A stretch of 46,533 bases of DNA from a virus, in IMG/VR virus record IMGVR_UViG_3300045988_064709; one strand, 5' to 3'. Positions 31,335 through 40,956 of this stretch are shown here, in pieces. The position numbers and the translations under genes were made by a program. The notes beneath the pieces were generated by a model. That model did no database searches. It was not told where the DNA came from and worked only from the letters and a program-made list of their open reading frames with translations. Within the stretch, counting starts at the first letter, position 1; the number at the start of each line of letters is the position of its first letter.

Positions 31335-33168
31335 ACCTTTCATTTTTGACTGCGAGGTGTTTGCCTACGATTGGCTTTTTGTCTTCAAGAACAAGGTCAC
31401 GGGGGAATACACCGAGATTTGGAATGACAATGAAGCGGTCGAACAATTCATGACCCAAGAACCCCTGTTGGCAGGGTTCAACAATAAGCACTATGACCAA
31501 TTCATTCTGAAAGCGGTTCTTTCAGGCTTCACGCCGGAGGAAATCAAGGCGGTCAACGATTTTATCATCGTTGGTGGTCACGAGGGCTGGGAGTACGCCC
31601 CTCTCCGTGACTGCGGGATTTTCTTTGACCAATATGACCTGATGGACGATTGCCAGATGGGGTTGTCCTTGAAAGCAATCGAAGCGCACCTCGGAATGGA
31701 TATTCGTGAAACCACCGTTCCGTTCAACATCGACCGCCCTCTGACTGAGGACGAGAAGCGAGAGGTCGAGTTCTACTGCCGCCATGATGTTGACGCAACC
31801 GACAGGCTGGACGATCTTCGTCAAGGCTACCTGTCCAGTAAGCTCACGCTGGGTCGTGAAAAGGGGCTGTATCCTGCAAAAGCCCTCTACATGACCAACG
31901 CCAAGCTGACCGCTGCTTACCTTGATGCAGAGCAAAAGCCGCACTATGACGAGCGGGAATATCAGTATCCGCCGAAGCTGCTTCGTCAGTACATTCCGCA
32001 GGAAGTGTTCGACTTTTTTGAACGGTTGAAGGATAAGAGTATTCCTGACGAAGTGGTGTTCAAAGAAAAGCTCGATTTAATGGTAGGCGGCTGTCCTTGC
32101 ACCATCGCCTACGGTGGTATTCACGGGGCTATTCCATGTTACCGAGAGGAAGCCACGGAAACCCGCTCTATCCGCAACAAAGATGTTGCAAGTTACTACC
32201 CGCACCAGATGACCTTGAACGGTTATTGTAGCCGAAACATTCCCTCTCCCGATGTGTATGCCGCCACCATTGAGCGGCGAGTTAACGCAAAGAGAGCCGG
32301 GGACAAGGCTACGGCGAACGTTTTGAAGCTGGTGCTGAACACCACCTACGGAGCCATGCTGAACCGCTACAACGATCTGTATGACCCGCTCATGGGACGC
32401 TCGGTCTGTATCTCAGGCCAGTTGCAGTTGCTTGAAATGGCGGAACATCTTGTTCAGGACTGTCCTACCTTGAAGATCATTCAGCTCAACACCGATGGTA
32501 TCATGGTTAGCCTTGATGACTGTGATGTGCCTATGTATCAGGAAATCACGCAGGAGTGGCAGGACAGAACCGGCTTTGAGTTAGAGGAAGACCTTATCAA
32601 GATGATCTGTCAGAAAGATGTGAACAATTATGTCGAGGTTCCCTTTGAGGGCGACCCCAAAATCAAGGGCGGCGTTCTCGTTCGTGGAATTGCCCCGGCA
32701 GGAGCGTTCAACATCAACAACAACGCCTGCGTGGTTGCCAAGGCCGTCAAGGATTATCTGGCCTACGGTATCCCGGTCGAAGACACCATCATGAGCTGCG
32801 ACCGCCTGCTGGACTTCCAGTTGGTCGCCAAGGCCGGAAGTAAATACGGTGATGCTCTCCATGAGGTAGACGGTCAGATGGAGGTCGTACAGAAGGTCAA
32901 CCGGGTATATGCCACGGAAGACCATCGGTACGGAACCCTCTACAAAATACACCTCGGCACTGGCAATCCCGTCAAGATTGCTGGACTCCCCGCAAAATGT
33001 GTCGTAGACAACGACAATCACCTGACGATTGATGTGGTTGACCGTGACTGGTATATTCGGCTGGCACGGCGTTATGTCCGAGATTTCCTCGGAGAGAAGC
33101 CGCCCAAGCGAAATACCCGCAGAGTCAATTCTATCAAGAAAAAATTATTAGAAATGTTGGAGGTATAA
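31315..33168 (+). CDS. Family B DNA polymerase with a 3'-5' exonuclease domain
   Basis: Exo motifs FDCEV, NNKHYD and YCRHDVDAT. Pol motifs DVASYYPH (A), KLVLNTTYGA (B) and LNTDGI (C). The start is uncertain (TTG at 31309 or GTG at 31315, after GGAGG). Confidence 0.8.
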   Translation: MIPLNLEPFIFDCEVFAYDWLFVFKNKVTGEYTEIWNDNEAVEQFMTQEPLLAGFNNKHYDQFILKAVLSGFTPEEIKAVNDFIIVGGHEGWEYAPLRDCGIFFDQYDLMDDCQMGLSLKAIEAHLGMDIRETTVPFNIDRPLTEDEKREVEFYCRHDVDATDRLDDLRQGYLSSKLTLGREKGLYPAKALYMTNAKLTAAYLDAEQKPHYDEREYQYPPKLLRQYIPQEVFDFFERLKDKSIPDEVVFKEKLDLMVGGCPCTIAYGGIHGAIPCYREEATETRSIRNKDVASYYPHQMTLNGYCSRNIPSPDVYAATIERRVNAKRAGDKATANVLKLVLNTTYGAMLNRYNDLYDPLMGRSVCISGQLQLLEMAEHLVQDCPTLKIIQLNTDGIMVSLDDCDVPMYQEITQEWQDRTGFELEEDLIKMICQKDVNNYVEVPFEGDPKIKGGVLVRGIAPAGAFNINNNACVVAKAVKDYLAYGIPVEDTIMSCDRLLDFQLVAKAGSKYGDALHEVDGQMEVVQKVNRVYATEDHRYGTLYKIHLGTGNPVKIAGLPAKCVVDNDNHLTIDVVDRDWYIRLARRYVRDFLGEKPPKRNTRRVNSIKKKLLEMLEV

Positions 33169-33170
33169 AT

Positions 33171-33926
33171 ATGGCTACTACCAAGAAAGCCGCTGAGACT
33201 GCGGCGGCGGATTATTCCACCATGAATGTATTCCAGAAGTTGCAGCTTGCCCGTGTGCGCTTCCTCGAAGCTGGCGTGGACAAGAGCGGCAAGCACATGA
33301 AGCTCGAATATAAGTATTTCGAGTTGGCGGACATTGTTCCCAAGGCCGAGCAGATTTTCCTTGAAATCGGTCTGATGATGGTTCCGTCCATGTACGGCGA
33401 CAAGGCGACCGCTCGTGTCTACAATGTCAATGACCGTGAGGACTACATTGACTTCGTGGCACCGTACACCCCCATCGCTCCTATCATGTCCAACGCTGGC
33501 AATCAGGTCACAAACGAAATGCAGGCGACCGGCAGCTCTATCACCTATATTCGCCGCTACCTGTGGCAGCTCGTTTTGGACATTGTGGAGCATGACAGTA
33601 TCGACAGCGGCGAGTTTGACACGACTCCCGCCCCCGCTCCCACCGTTACCAAGAAGCCACCTGTGACCACCGAACAGCGTCAGGAAATCAAGAAGGAACT
33701 GACTGGCGCTCCTGCTGGTGCGGCTACCGTGGAACAGGTCGGCACGCTGAAAAGTCTGCTGAAAAAGCTCATGGATATTGACGCAGAGCAGGAACAGTTC
33801 GTGCAGACCATCGCCATGAAGACGGAAGGTTTCTCCAAGATCGAAGCCGACAAGTGTGACGCTCTGATCGAGGGCGTGAACAATATGCTGGCTGGCTACG
33901 AAATGAAAACGGCGAAGGAGGGCTAA
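33171..33926 (+). CDS. ERF-family single-strand annealing protein
   Basis: 251 aa. GSSITYIRRYLW matches the ERF GS.iTY.RRY motif. Sits next to a YqaJ-like exonuclease. Confidence 0.65.
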   Translation: MATTKKAAETAAADYSTMNVFQKLQLARVRFLEAGVDKSGKHMKLEYKYFELADIVPKAEQIFLEIGLMMVPSMYGDKATARVYNVNDREDYIDFVAPYTPIAPIMSNAGNQVTNEMQATGSSITYIRRYLWQLVLDIVEHDSIDSGEFDTTPAPAPTVTKKPPVTTEQRQEIKKELTGAPAGAATVEQVGTLKSLLKKLMDIDAEQEQFVQTIAMKTEGFSKIEADKCDALIEGVNNMLAGYEMKTAKEG

Positions 33927-33929
33927 GGC

Positions 33930-34082
33930 ATGATTGAAATTGATTGTCGCAAGTGCGCCAATGCAGACTTGGAAGCGGATTGCTGTAAGCTCTACGGTAA
34001 CGACCCTGATACTGCCGTTCGGGAATGTGCCGCTGACGAATTTGTGAATTATAAGGAGGTAAACAAAAATGGAATGGCTTGA
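33930..34082 (+). CDS. Small Cys-rich protein (50 aa)
   Basis: MIEIDCRKCANADLEADCCKLYG... It fills the Erf-exonuclease gap and overlaps the next start. Confidence 0.35.
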   Translation: MIEIDCRKCANADLEADCCKLYGNDPDTAVRECAADEFVNYKEVNKNGMA

Positions 34083-35115
34083 CGGCAACAAAATCCAGAT
34101 TATTCCTCCCAAGCGTCCTAAGAAGCTGACTGGTACTCGCTTCGCCACTATCCTCGGTCTGAACCCGTGGTCTACGCCGTTCGAGATTTGGTGTGAAGTG
34201 ACCCGCACCTATCAAAAGCCGTTCGAGGACACGATCTACACCATTGCTGGTAAGACCATCGAGCCTAAGCAGGCTGAGTACATGAAGCATACCTATTTCA
34301 TGAGCAATCTGGTCACACCGACCGACATTTGGGGCAAAGACTACTTCCGTCAGACCTACGGTGACTTCTTTAGGGAAAGCCCCGTTCTCGGCGGTATGTG
34401 GGACTACTTGCTCTATGGTAAAGATGGTAAGCCCACCACCGTCCTCGAAATGAAGACTTCCAAGCGTGTCGAGGACTGGAAGGACGATATTCCTGAGTAT
34501 TACGCTTTGCAGGCGGCGTTGTACGCTTACCTTCTTGGCGTGGACGAAGTTATCATGGTCGCTTCCTTCCTTGAACCCAAGGATTACGACAATCCTGAGA
34601 AGTTCGTGTGTAGCGGTGAGAATACCATCACCCGTCCCTTCAAGGTGTCTGAGCGGTATCCTGACTTCGAGAAGAAGTATGTGAAGCCTGCCCTGAAATG
34701 GTGGAAGGACTTCGTTGAGAGCGGCATTTCTCCCGCCTTTGACGAGCGCAAGGACGCTGAAATCCTGAAAGCCCTTCGCACCAACAACCTGTCTCCCGAA
34801 ACGGATATGGCGGCGCTGGTAAAGGAAGCTGAAGACCTGAAAGTCAAGCTGGACGCTCACGCTGCTGAGGTGGCTGAGGACGAGAAGCGGTACAAGGTCT
34901 TGACCGACATGATTAAGAAAGCCGCAATCGCTCAGTTCCGTGACGGTGACAAGAAGGTATCTATCGCTGGCTCTGCCTATAATTGGGAAGTCAGCCGTAC
35001 TTCCACTACGAAGATCGACAAGGACGCTATGAAAGCGGACGGTATTCTGGCGAAGTACACGACCACCGAGGACAGCTACCGCATTTCCCCGAAAGCCTTG
35101 AAAGAAGGTGCGTGA
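34069..35115 (+). CDS. YqaJ-like recombination exonuclease with a C-terminal extension
   Basis: LTGTRFATILGLNPWSTPFEIWCE is the typical YqaJ N-terminus. EMKT and the Y..Q...Y context fit a PD-(D/E)XK nuclease. Confidence 0.7.
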   Translation: MEWLDGNKIQIIPPKRPKKLTGTRFATILGLNPWSTPFEIWCEVTRTYQKPFEDTIYTIAGKTIEPKQAEYMKHTYFMSNLVTPTDIWGKDYFRQTYGDFFRESPVLGGMWDYLLYGKDGKPTTVLEMKTSKRVEDWKDDIPEYYALQAALYAYLLGVDEVIMVASFLEPKDYDNPEKFVCSGENTITRPFKVSERYPDFEKKYVKPALKWWKDFVESGISPAFDERKDAEILKALRTNNLSPETDMAALVKEAEDLKVKLDAHAAEVAEDEKRYKVLTDMIKKAAIAQFRDGDKKVSIAGSAYNWEVSRTSTTKIDKDAMKADGILAKYTTTEDSYRISPKALKEGA

Positions 35116-35128
35116 AGTGGCGCAGAGT

Positions 35129-35278
35129 ATGCAGAGATTGAGCAAAGATGATTTGCTTAAACTTCTCGACCAGTATGCCGATGACGATTTTGTTGGGGTT
35201 TTGTTCACAGCAGCTCGTGATATTCACTCCGACCAGTCCACCATCTTCGTATTCTATGACAAAGTAACGGAGGTTTAA
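35129..35278 (+). CDS. Small hypothetical protein (49 aa)
   Basis: Fills the gap 35116..35280. An alternative GTG start lies at 35117. Confidence 0.3.
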   Translation: MQRLSKDDLLKLLDQYADDDFVGVLFTAARDIHSDQSTIFVFYDKVTEV

Positions 35279-35280
35279 TT

Positions 35281-35784
35281 ATGAAATTTTCCAAGTTCGT
35301 GAAGTCCTTCGCCCCTGATGGCGGCGCTATCTATGAGTACATGGACGAACGCTGGCTTGCTTCCCCGTCCGTACTTATGCTCATTCCCGATGGTATCCGC
35401 AGCGTGACCGGGTACAGCAACGAGAAAATGCCTGACGGCATTGGTCGCCTGATTTCTCAGGTCGGTTGCACCGAGTACGCCACGCTGGTCAAGGCAATCA
35501 TGCCTGAGCCGGACGGCGCAATCAAGGATTGTATCCGTATCTTCGCCACGCAGGACAGCACCATGACCCTTCCCATCACCAACGATGATTGGTCGCTGAT
35601 CGAGAAGTCTGACTTCTGCGAAATCTTGTACGCTTACGATCTGGAAAGCGACAAGAGCGTACCGAAAGCTCTGCTGGTCAAGCAGTACGCCAAGTACCCC
35701 GATGACGAAGACCAGTTGGTTGGTATCATCTTCCCCTGCGAGTACACAGAACAGCTCAATTTCTACACCGTAAAAGAAGCATGA
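35281..35784 (+). CDS. Hypothetical protein
   Basis: 167-aa ORF with GGAGG upstream. Confidence 0.5.
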   Translation: MKFSKFVKSFAPDGGAIYEYMDERWLASPSVLMLIPDGIRSVTGYSNEKMPDGIGRLISQVGCTEYATLVKAIMPEPDGAIKDCIRIFATQDSTMTLPITNDDWSLIEKSDFCEILYAYDLESDKSVPKALLVKQYAKYPDDEDQLVGIIFPCEYTEQLNFYTVKEA

Positions 35785-36422
35785 GCGTTTGTGGTGGTTG
35801 CCCCATCTATTACAATGAATATTTCGGTGTTTATTGTGGAGGTGGGTGCTTAGGTCAAAGCGCTTGTGCCGAAAACCTAATAACTCTCGTTGCTAATATA
35901 GCAGACACTATTACAAGATCAAGAAAGGACGATAAAACAATGGCTAAAATCGGACTCACCGAGGGTTTCACCCTCATTCCCGAAGGTACTCATGTCTTTC
36001 AGATTACCGATGTGAAGTACAAGGAAGACTTCGGCAAGCTGGAAGTCTATATGCAGACGCAGAACGGCAGTAAGCACATCGAGCGCTTCTCTCTGCTGAA
36101 ATCCGATGGCTCCCCCAACGAGGGTGCATATAACGCTTTCAGCTACTTCGCCAAGACTGCCCTCGGCAATTTCGACTTGACCGAGATCGACCACACTGAC
36201 CTGATTGGTCACTTCATCGAGTGCGATGTAGAACATGATGTTCAGGAGAACAAGAAGAAGCCCGGACAGAGTATTACCTTCGTCCGTTTGGCTGATAAGC
36301 GCCCCTCTGAGGGCTGGGGCGGCTCCGGCAATACGGTTGCTACCCCTGCTGTTAAAACCGCTCCTGCGGCTTCTCAGGCCGCTCCTAAGACCCCGATGGA
36401 TTTGGCAGCTCTCCTTGGCTGA
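35781..36422 (+). CDS. DUF669-like protein (possible ssDNA-binding protein)
   Basis: The core from the ATG at 35940 (MAKIGLTEGFTLIPEGTHVFQI...) resembles DUF669. The Cys-rich extension from 35781 is of uncertain reality. Confidence 0.4.
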   Translation: MSVCGGCPIYYNEYFGVYCGGGCLGQSACAENLITLVANIADTITRSRKDDKTMAKIGLTEGFTLIPEGTHVFQITDVKYKEDFGKLEVYMQTQNGSKHIERFSLLKSDGSPNEGAYNAFSYFAKTALGNFDLTEIDHTDLIGHFIECDVEHDVQENKKKPGQSITFVRLADKRPSEGWGGSGNTVATPAVKTAPAASQAAPKTPMDLAALLG

Positions 36423-36509
36423 TACCGAGTGCGAGGGAGGGCTAATTTGAAAGACTCTCCCTCGCCAATGGTATGTTGAAAACTATGTTGAAAGTGAGGA
36501 TAAGCTACA

Positions 36510-36818
36510 ATGGCAGAAGCCTATATTTGTTCGCTCTCCAAGGTTCAGCGCCACGCTGAAATCTGCAAGGAGATCAACAGGCTCTATGAGCAGAAGAACC
36601 ATGACTACGGTAACAGCTTCCACCAGACCTTCGTGGAAGAAGGAATGGCGATGGCTCGTATCCGTTTGGGCGATAAACTCAGCCGCTTCAAGACTCTCTC
36701 CCGTGGCGGTGAGCAGAAGGTCAATGACGAGTCTATCCGAGATACCCTGATTGACCTCGCCAACTACGCCATTATGACGGTGCTGGAAATGGAGGTTGCG
36801 GAAGATGACGCTGAATGA
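36510..36818 (+). CDS. DUF1599-like (nucleotide modification associated) protein
   Basis: KNHDYGNSF ... RLGDKLSRF ... DLANYA fits the DUF1599 pattern as I recall it. Confidence 0.45.
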   Translation: MAEAYICSLSKVQRHAEICKEINRLYEQKNHDYGNSFHQTFVEEGMAMARIRLGDKLSRFKTLSRGGEQKVNDESIRDTLIDLANYAIMTVLEMEVAEDDAE

Positions 36819-37140
36819 TTATCAGAAAGCCGCCGAGCGCACTTCCGGCAACCTGACCTCGTGGGATAAGGTTCGCAACGGCTGTTACGGTCTGAACGGC
36901 GAAGCCGGAGAGTGCATTGACATTCTGAAAAAGACCGAGTTTCAGGGCCATGCTTTCGACCCGATGAAGATGGTTGACGAGCTGGGCGATGTTCTCTGGT
37001 ATGTCGCACAGTTGGCGACCGGCTTGGGTGTGACCCTCGAATATGTGGCGCAGCACAATGTCGATAAGCTGCTGGCTCGTTACCCTGACGGGTTCGACAG
37101 TGAAAAAAGTATCCATAGAAAGGAGTACGAAAATGCCTGA
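36796..37140 (+). CDS. MazG-like nucleoside triphosphate pyrophosphohydrolase
   Basis: LNDYQ, GLNGEAGE and ELGDVLWY are typical MazG helices. Confidence 0.7.
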   Translation: MRKMTLNDYQKAAERTSGNLTSWDKVRNGCYGLNGEAGECIDILKKTEFQGHAFDPMKMVDELGDVLWYVAQLATGLGVTLEYVAQHNVDKLLARYPDGFDSEKSIHRKEYENA

Positions 37141-37729
37141 CTGCTTCTCCAAGTCCGAAGTGACCGATTTTCTGAACTTCATGAAGCTGCCTGACGGAAC
37201 CTGTGTTGTTTCCGATGACATGATGAATTACCTGACGGCTTACGGCTTCTTCACCGCCCCTGCTTCCACCAAGTACCACGGCAATTACGAGGGCGGTCTT
37301 CTGAACCACTCCCGCATGGTCACGGAGTACCTTTTGGCGCTCACTCAGGCCAATCACCTGATCTGGCGCAAGGCTCGTTCTCCCTTCATTGTGGGTATGT
37401 TCCATGATCTATGTAAGATCGATCAGTACCGCCACCCGGTAACAGGCCACATTGAAGAATTTAATGGTGGGTGTACACCAATCTATGACGAACAGGCGTG
37501 GGAGTACAACCCCGACACCCTTCTGAAAGGTCACGGCGATAAGTCCGTCATGCTTCTCTCTCAATTCTACACGCTGACTGATGAAGAAATCATGTGTATC
37601 CGCTACCACATGGGCGCTTTCACCGACAAGTCTGAGTGGAATGACTATACCAGAGCAGTCCGCCAGTACCCGAATGTGCTGTGGACACATCAAGCCGATA
37701 TGCTGGCAAGTCATGTTGCGGGGGTGTGA
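37133..37729 (+). CDS. HD-domain phosphohydrolase
   Basis: KYHG..EGGLLNHS, FHDLCK and GHGDKS. AAAGGAG RBS before the ATG at 37133. Confidence 0.65.
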   Translation: MPDCFSKSEVTDFLNFMKLPDGTCVVSDDMMNYLTAYGFFTAPASTKYHGNYEGGLLNHSRMVTEYLLALTQANHLIWRKARSPFIVGMFHDLCKIDQYRHPVTGHIEEFNGGCTPIYDEQAWEYNPDTLLKGHGDKSVMLLSQFYTLTDEEIMCIRYHMGAFTDKSEWNDYTRAVRQYPNVLWTHQADMLASHVAGV

Positions 37730-37732
37730 AGT

Positions 37733-38107
37733 ATGTATATTCCAACGGTTTCTTTCGATTTCGATGGCGTAATTCATTCCTACCGAAGCGGGTGGAAGGG
37801 TGCCGCTGTTATCCCCGACCCTCCCGTAGAAGGGATTAAAGAGGTCATTGAACAACTCATAAGCGATGGTTTATGTGTGGTCATCTGTTCTTCTCGTGCG
37901 GAGTCCTTTGAAGGACAGGCGGCGATTGCTGAATGGCTGAAACACTACGGGTTCCCGATGGTGCAAATTCAAGCGAGAAAAGTTCCTTCCATCGTTCATG
38001 TTGATGACCGCACAATCTGTTTTGATGGCAGAGCAAACCACCTCCACGAACAGATTATCAACTTCAAACCTTGGTATGAAAGGGAGTCTGAAAGTGAAAA
38101 TCATTGA
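37733..38107 (+). CDS. HAD-like phosphatase / deoxyribonucleotidase-like protein
   Basis: N-terminal FDFDGV matches the DxDG motif, and there is a late VDDR. Confidence 0.5.
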   Translation: MYIPTVSFDFDGVIHSYRSGWKGAAVIPDPPVEGIKEVIEQLISDGLCVVICSSRAESFEGQAAIAEWLKHYGFPMVQIQARKVPSIVHVDDRTICFDGRANHLHEQIINFKPWYERESESENH

Positions 38108-38717
38108 ACCTTCTGTGGAGCTTATCAACGCTCCCGATTATAAGACCCTTCTGACCACCATCGAAGCCGCAGGGCGCACTTGCTACAAGTCCGAGGATAA
38201 AATTACGGACGGAAGCGCAGAGAAGTTCGTCCGGGGTATCATCAAGCGGGGCCACGAGGCTGTCATTGAGCATGGCTCTCTCACTGTCCGCTTCATCTGC
38301 GACCGGGGCGTGAGCCATGAGATCGTCCGTCACCGTCTGGCGGCGTTCTGTCAGGAGTCCACTCGGTACTGCAATTACGGTAAGGAGGGCTTCGGCGGCG
38401 AAATTACCGTCATTCGTCCCTCAACCTTCGCCAAGACCGACTCGACCTACCACATCTGGAAACGGTCGTGTGAACACGCTGAGGTCGCCTACTTTGATCT
38501 GCTGAACGAGGGTTGTACCCCGCAGGAAGCCCGATCTGTCCTTCCGAACAGCCTTAAAACCGAGGTGGTCATGACCGCCGACCTCAGAGAATGGCGGCAT
38601 TTCTGCCGTATGCGTTGCCCCGTAGCGGCTCACCCTGATATGCGGGTCGTTGCCAATATGCTCCTGACCCTGCTGAAACAGACATACCCCGTCTTCTTCG
38701 AGGACATTGAAGTATGA
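38094..38717 (+). CDS. thyX: Flavin-dependent thymidylate synthase
   Basis: RHRLAAFCQESTRY matches the ThyX signature RHR..S.QE.S.RY. GTG start at 38094 after AGGGAG. Confidence 0.8.
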   Translation: MKIIEPSVELINAPDYKTLLTTIEAAGRTCYKSEDKITDGSAEKFVRGIIKRGHEAVIEHGSLTVRFICDRGVSHEIVRHRLAAFCQESTRYCNYGKEGFGGEITVIRPSTFAKTDSTYHIWKRSCEHAEVAYFDLLNEGCTPQEARSVLPNSLKTEVVMTADLREWRHFCRMRCPVAAHPDMRVVANMLLTLLKQTYPVFFEDIEV

Positions 38718-39064
38718 GGATTAAGAAAGCTGGCGGCAAGGTGTTCGGTGCGGTCTTAACTGCCGCCGAGAGAAAAGCGATGGACATGGAGATCAATCGT
38801 CAGATCGTGGAAGCCGACAGGCGCTACGCCGATGATATTGACGCTATGGTGCTTTACACCCTTCATGTTCACCTTGGTTTCGGCAAGAAACGCCTACGGA
38901 AGTTCTATGACGCTTTCTCTGCCGAGCATGACCGCCTTATTCAGTATTATCAAATGCCAGACGATTACACATGGCTCTGCAAAGAGATGTTGAAGCGTAT
39001 CGGCGTTGATGTTGAAGCGTGGAACAAAGAAAGGAAAGAACCTGATGAAACTGAAAAGCATTGA
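38714..39064 (+). CDS. Hypothetical protein
   Basis: 116 aa. ATGA overlap with thyX. Confidence 0.5.
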   Translation: MRIKKAGGKVFGAVLTAAERKAMDMEINRQIVEADRRYADDIDAMVLYTLHVHLGFGKKRLRKFYDAFSAEHDRLIQYYQMPDDYTWLCKEMLKRIGVDVEAWNKERKEPDETEKH

Positions 39065-39275
39065 CGGCAAAGTGCCGTATATCATGGCTGCTGGAAAGGA
39101 CTTCGTGAAAGATGAAATGTCGCTGGCGGCGGCAGAGCAGATTTGCTCCCGTGGGACGCAGACCACCAGCAAGCTCTTTCCTGATTTCCCCATCTGCGTA
39201 GATGACAAGTTCTATTTTGCTGGAACCTCGACAAAGCCCAAGTCCAGCAAGTCTAAGACCCCTTGCGAGGGCTGA
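39045..39275 (+). CDS. Hypothetical protein
   Basis: 76 aa from the ATG at 39045. Confidence 0.4.
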   Translation: MKLKSIDGKVPYIMAAGKDFVKDEMSLAAAEQICSRGTQTTSKLFPDFPICVDDKFYFAGTSTKPKSSKSKTPCEG

Positions 39276-39808
39276 GATTTTCAATCTTCCTGTGGTTCGT
39301 CACCATTGTCGCAGTCCTGTGCCTGAAATTACCCACGGTTGAGGTTGAAGAACCTTCTCCCGTTGTCGAGGTGGTAGAGGTAGTCACCCCGGAGCCAGAG
39401 CCGGAGGTGACACCTCAGCCGTGGACAGACGAGGAAGTGATTGTACTGGCGAAAATGCTATGGGGAGAAGCCAGAGGGGTCAGCTCTGACGCTGAGAAAG
39501 CGGCTTGTGTGTGGTGTGCGCTCAACCGTGTCGATCATGGTTACGGCGATATTATAACGGTCGTGACTACACCTAAACAATTCGTAGGGTACAAAGAGAA
39601 AAATCCGGTCGATGACGATTTGATTACTCTCTGTATAGATGTACTGACTCGCTGGTATGCAGAGAGAGAAGGTCAGGTTGAGGTCGGTCGTGTCCTCCCT
39701 GCGGATTACCTGTGGTTCTCTGGCGATGGCGAGAGAAACCACTTCCGCAACGCCTACCGTGGCGGCGATAGATGGGACTGGTCTTTACCGAGTCCGTATG
39801 AAAGCTGA
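39263..39808 (+). CDS. SleB-like cell wall hydrolase with an N-terminal membrane anchor
   Basis: MLWGEARGVSSDAEKAACVWCALNRV...PKQF fits the SleB/Hydrolase_2 pattern. It needs a non-ATG start (TTG at 39263). Confidence 0.55.
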   Translation: MRGLRFSIFLWFVTIVAVLCLKLPTVEVEEPSPVVEVVEVVTPEPEPEVTPQPWTDEEVIVLAKMLWGEARGVSSDAEKAACVWCALNRVDHGYGDIITVVTTPKQFVGYKEKNPVDDDLITLCIDVLTRWYAEREGQVEVGRVLPADYLWFSGDGERNHFRNAYRGGDRWDWSLPSPYES

Positions 39809-39817
39809 GGTAAGCCT

Positions 39818-40603
39818 ATGAGCTATTTGAATATACCCGCTGAGCTTCGAGGGGAAAAGGCATGGGTCAATGTGTGGGACAGGTCAAAGGTTCCCATGCA
39901 GGCTACCGTAAGAAAGGCGGCTTCTTCCTCTAATCCTGATACATGGTCAAATTACATTGACGCTGAACACAATGTCCAGCACGGCTACTATGACGGTCTT
40001 GGCTATGTATTTCACGATACAGGGATTGTAGGTATCGATATTGACGATGGCTTTACTGATGGGCTTTTAAACCCGCTGGCGGCTGACATTATCGGTCGTT
40101 GCCACTCCTACACGGAAAAGTCCCGAAGCGGAAGAGGGGTTCACATTCTCGTTCGTGGAGAGCTGCCTTTCAAGGGTAAGAACAACCGTGCCGCCGTGGA
40201 GATTTACAAGAGCAATCGGTACTTCATCATGACCGGCGAGGTTTTGATCTTCTCCGAGATCGTTGAAAACCAGTCAGCGATTGACTATGTGATCGAGAAG
40301 TATTTTCCCGACACACCGAAGGAAAGTAACTCAGGTACGGTTGCCCCTCAGCGTATCTATTCTCCCATCTACCGCCGCCCTGAAAACGGCAAGCTGCATT
40401 TGAAGCCCGAATACCCGCCTATCACACCGGGAAGCCGGAACCTCAGCCTGACTTCTCTGGCGGGTCAGCTCCATAACCAAGGATACACCAAAGCAGAGAT
40501 TTACAAAGAGCTGTTGTACGCCAACTCCCAAGCCTGCAAGCCCCCTCTCCCGCAGTCAGAAGTTGAGTTGATTGTCAACAGCGTGACCAGATACAGGAGG
40601 TAA
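39818..40603 (+). CDS. Primase-polymerase (Prim-Pol) with a PriCT-like C-terminus
   Basis: GIVGIDIDDG, YTEKSRSGRGVHILVRG and EIYKSNRYFIMTG, with a C-terminal ITPGSRNLSLTSLAGQL...PPLPQSEVELIVNS. Confidence 0.75.
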   Translation: MSYLNIPAELRGEKAWVNVWDRSKVPMQATVRKAASSSNPDTWSNYIDAEHNVQHGYYDGLGYVFHDTGIVGIDIDDGFTDGLLNPLAADIIGRCHSYTEKSRSGRGVHILVRGELPFKGKNNRAAVEIYKSNRYFIMTGEVLIFSEIVENQSAIDYVIEKYFPDTPKESNSGTVAPQRIYSPIYRRPENGKLHLKPEYPPITPGSRNLSLTSLAGQLHNQGYTKAEIYKELLYANSQACKPPLPQSEVELIVNSVTRYRR

Positions 40604-40605
40604 TT

Positions 40606-40953
40606 ATGAAACCTTATCAGCGTGGCGATGTTGTTATCATTGATGTTCCCATGCTTGCCAACAGTCATATTCAGGCCGGTAAGCGTCCGTGGGTGGTTGT
40701 GCAAAACAATGTCGGCAATCAGTTTTCTTCCACCAGTATTGTCGTTCCCCTGACCACTAAAATCAAGCGGCTCGAACTGCCGACCCATGTGGCTGTCACT
40801 TGGGGTTCTTTACAGCCGAGCATGGTTGAGTGTGAACAGGTGCGTGTCGTAGATGTGTCCGATGATTGGGAATACATCTGCACTCTGCCGCCTGAGATCA
40901 TGCGTCATGTGGACACCGCTTTGAAGAACGCTTTCTTCTATGGGGAGGTGTAG
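40606..40953 (+). CDS. MazF/PemK-family endoribonuclease toxin
   Basis: RGDVVIIDVP...GKRPWVVVQNN...IVVPLTTK...PTHV...CEQVRVVD follows the PemK fold consensus. Confidence 0.8.
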   Translation: MKPYQRGDVVIIDVPMLANSHIQAGKRPWVVVQNNVGNQFSSTSIVVPLTTKIKRLELPTHVAVTWGSLQPSMVECEQVRVVDVSDDWEYICTLPPEIMRHVDTALKNAFFYGEV

Positions 40954-40956
40954 ATA

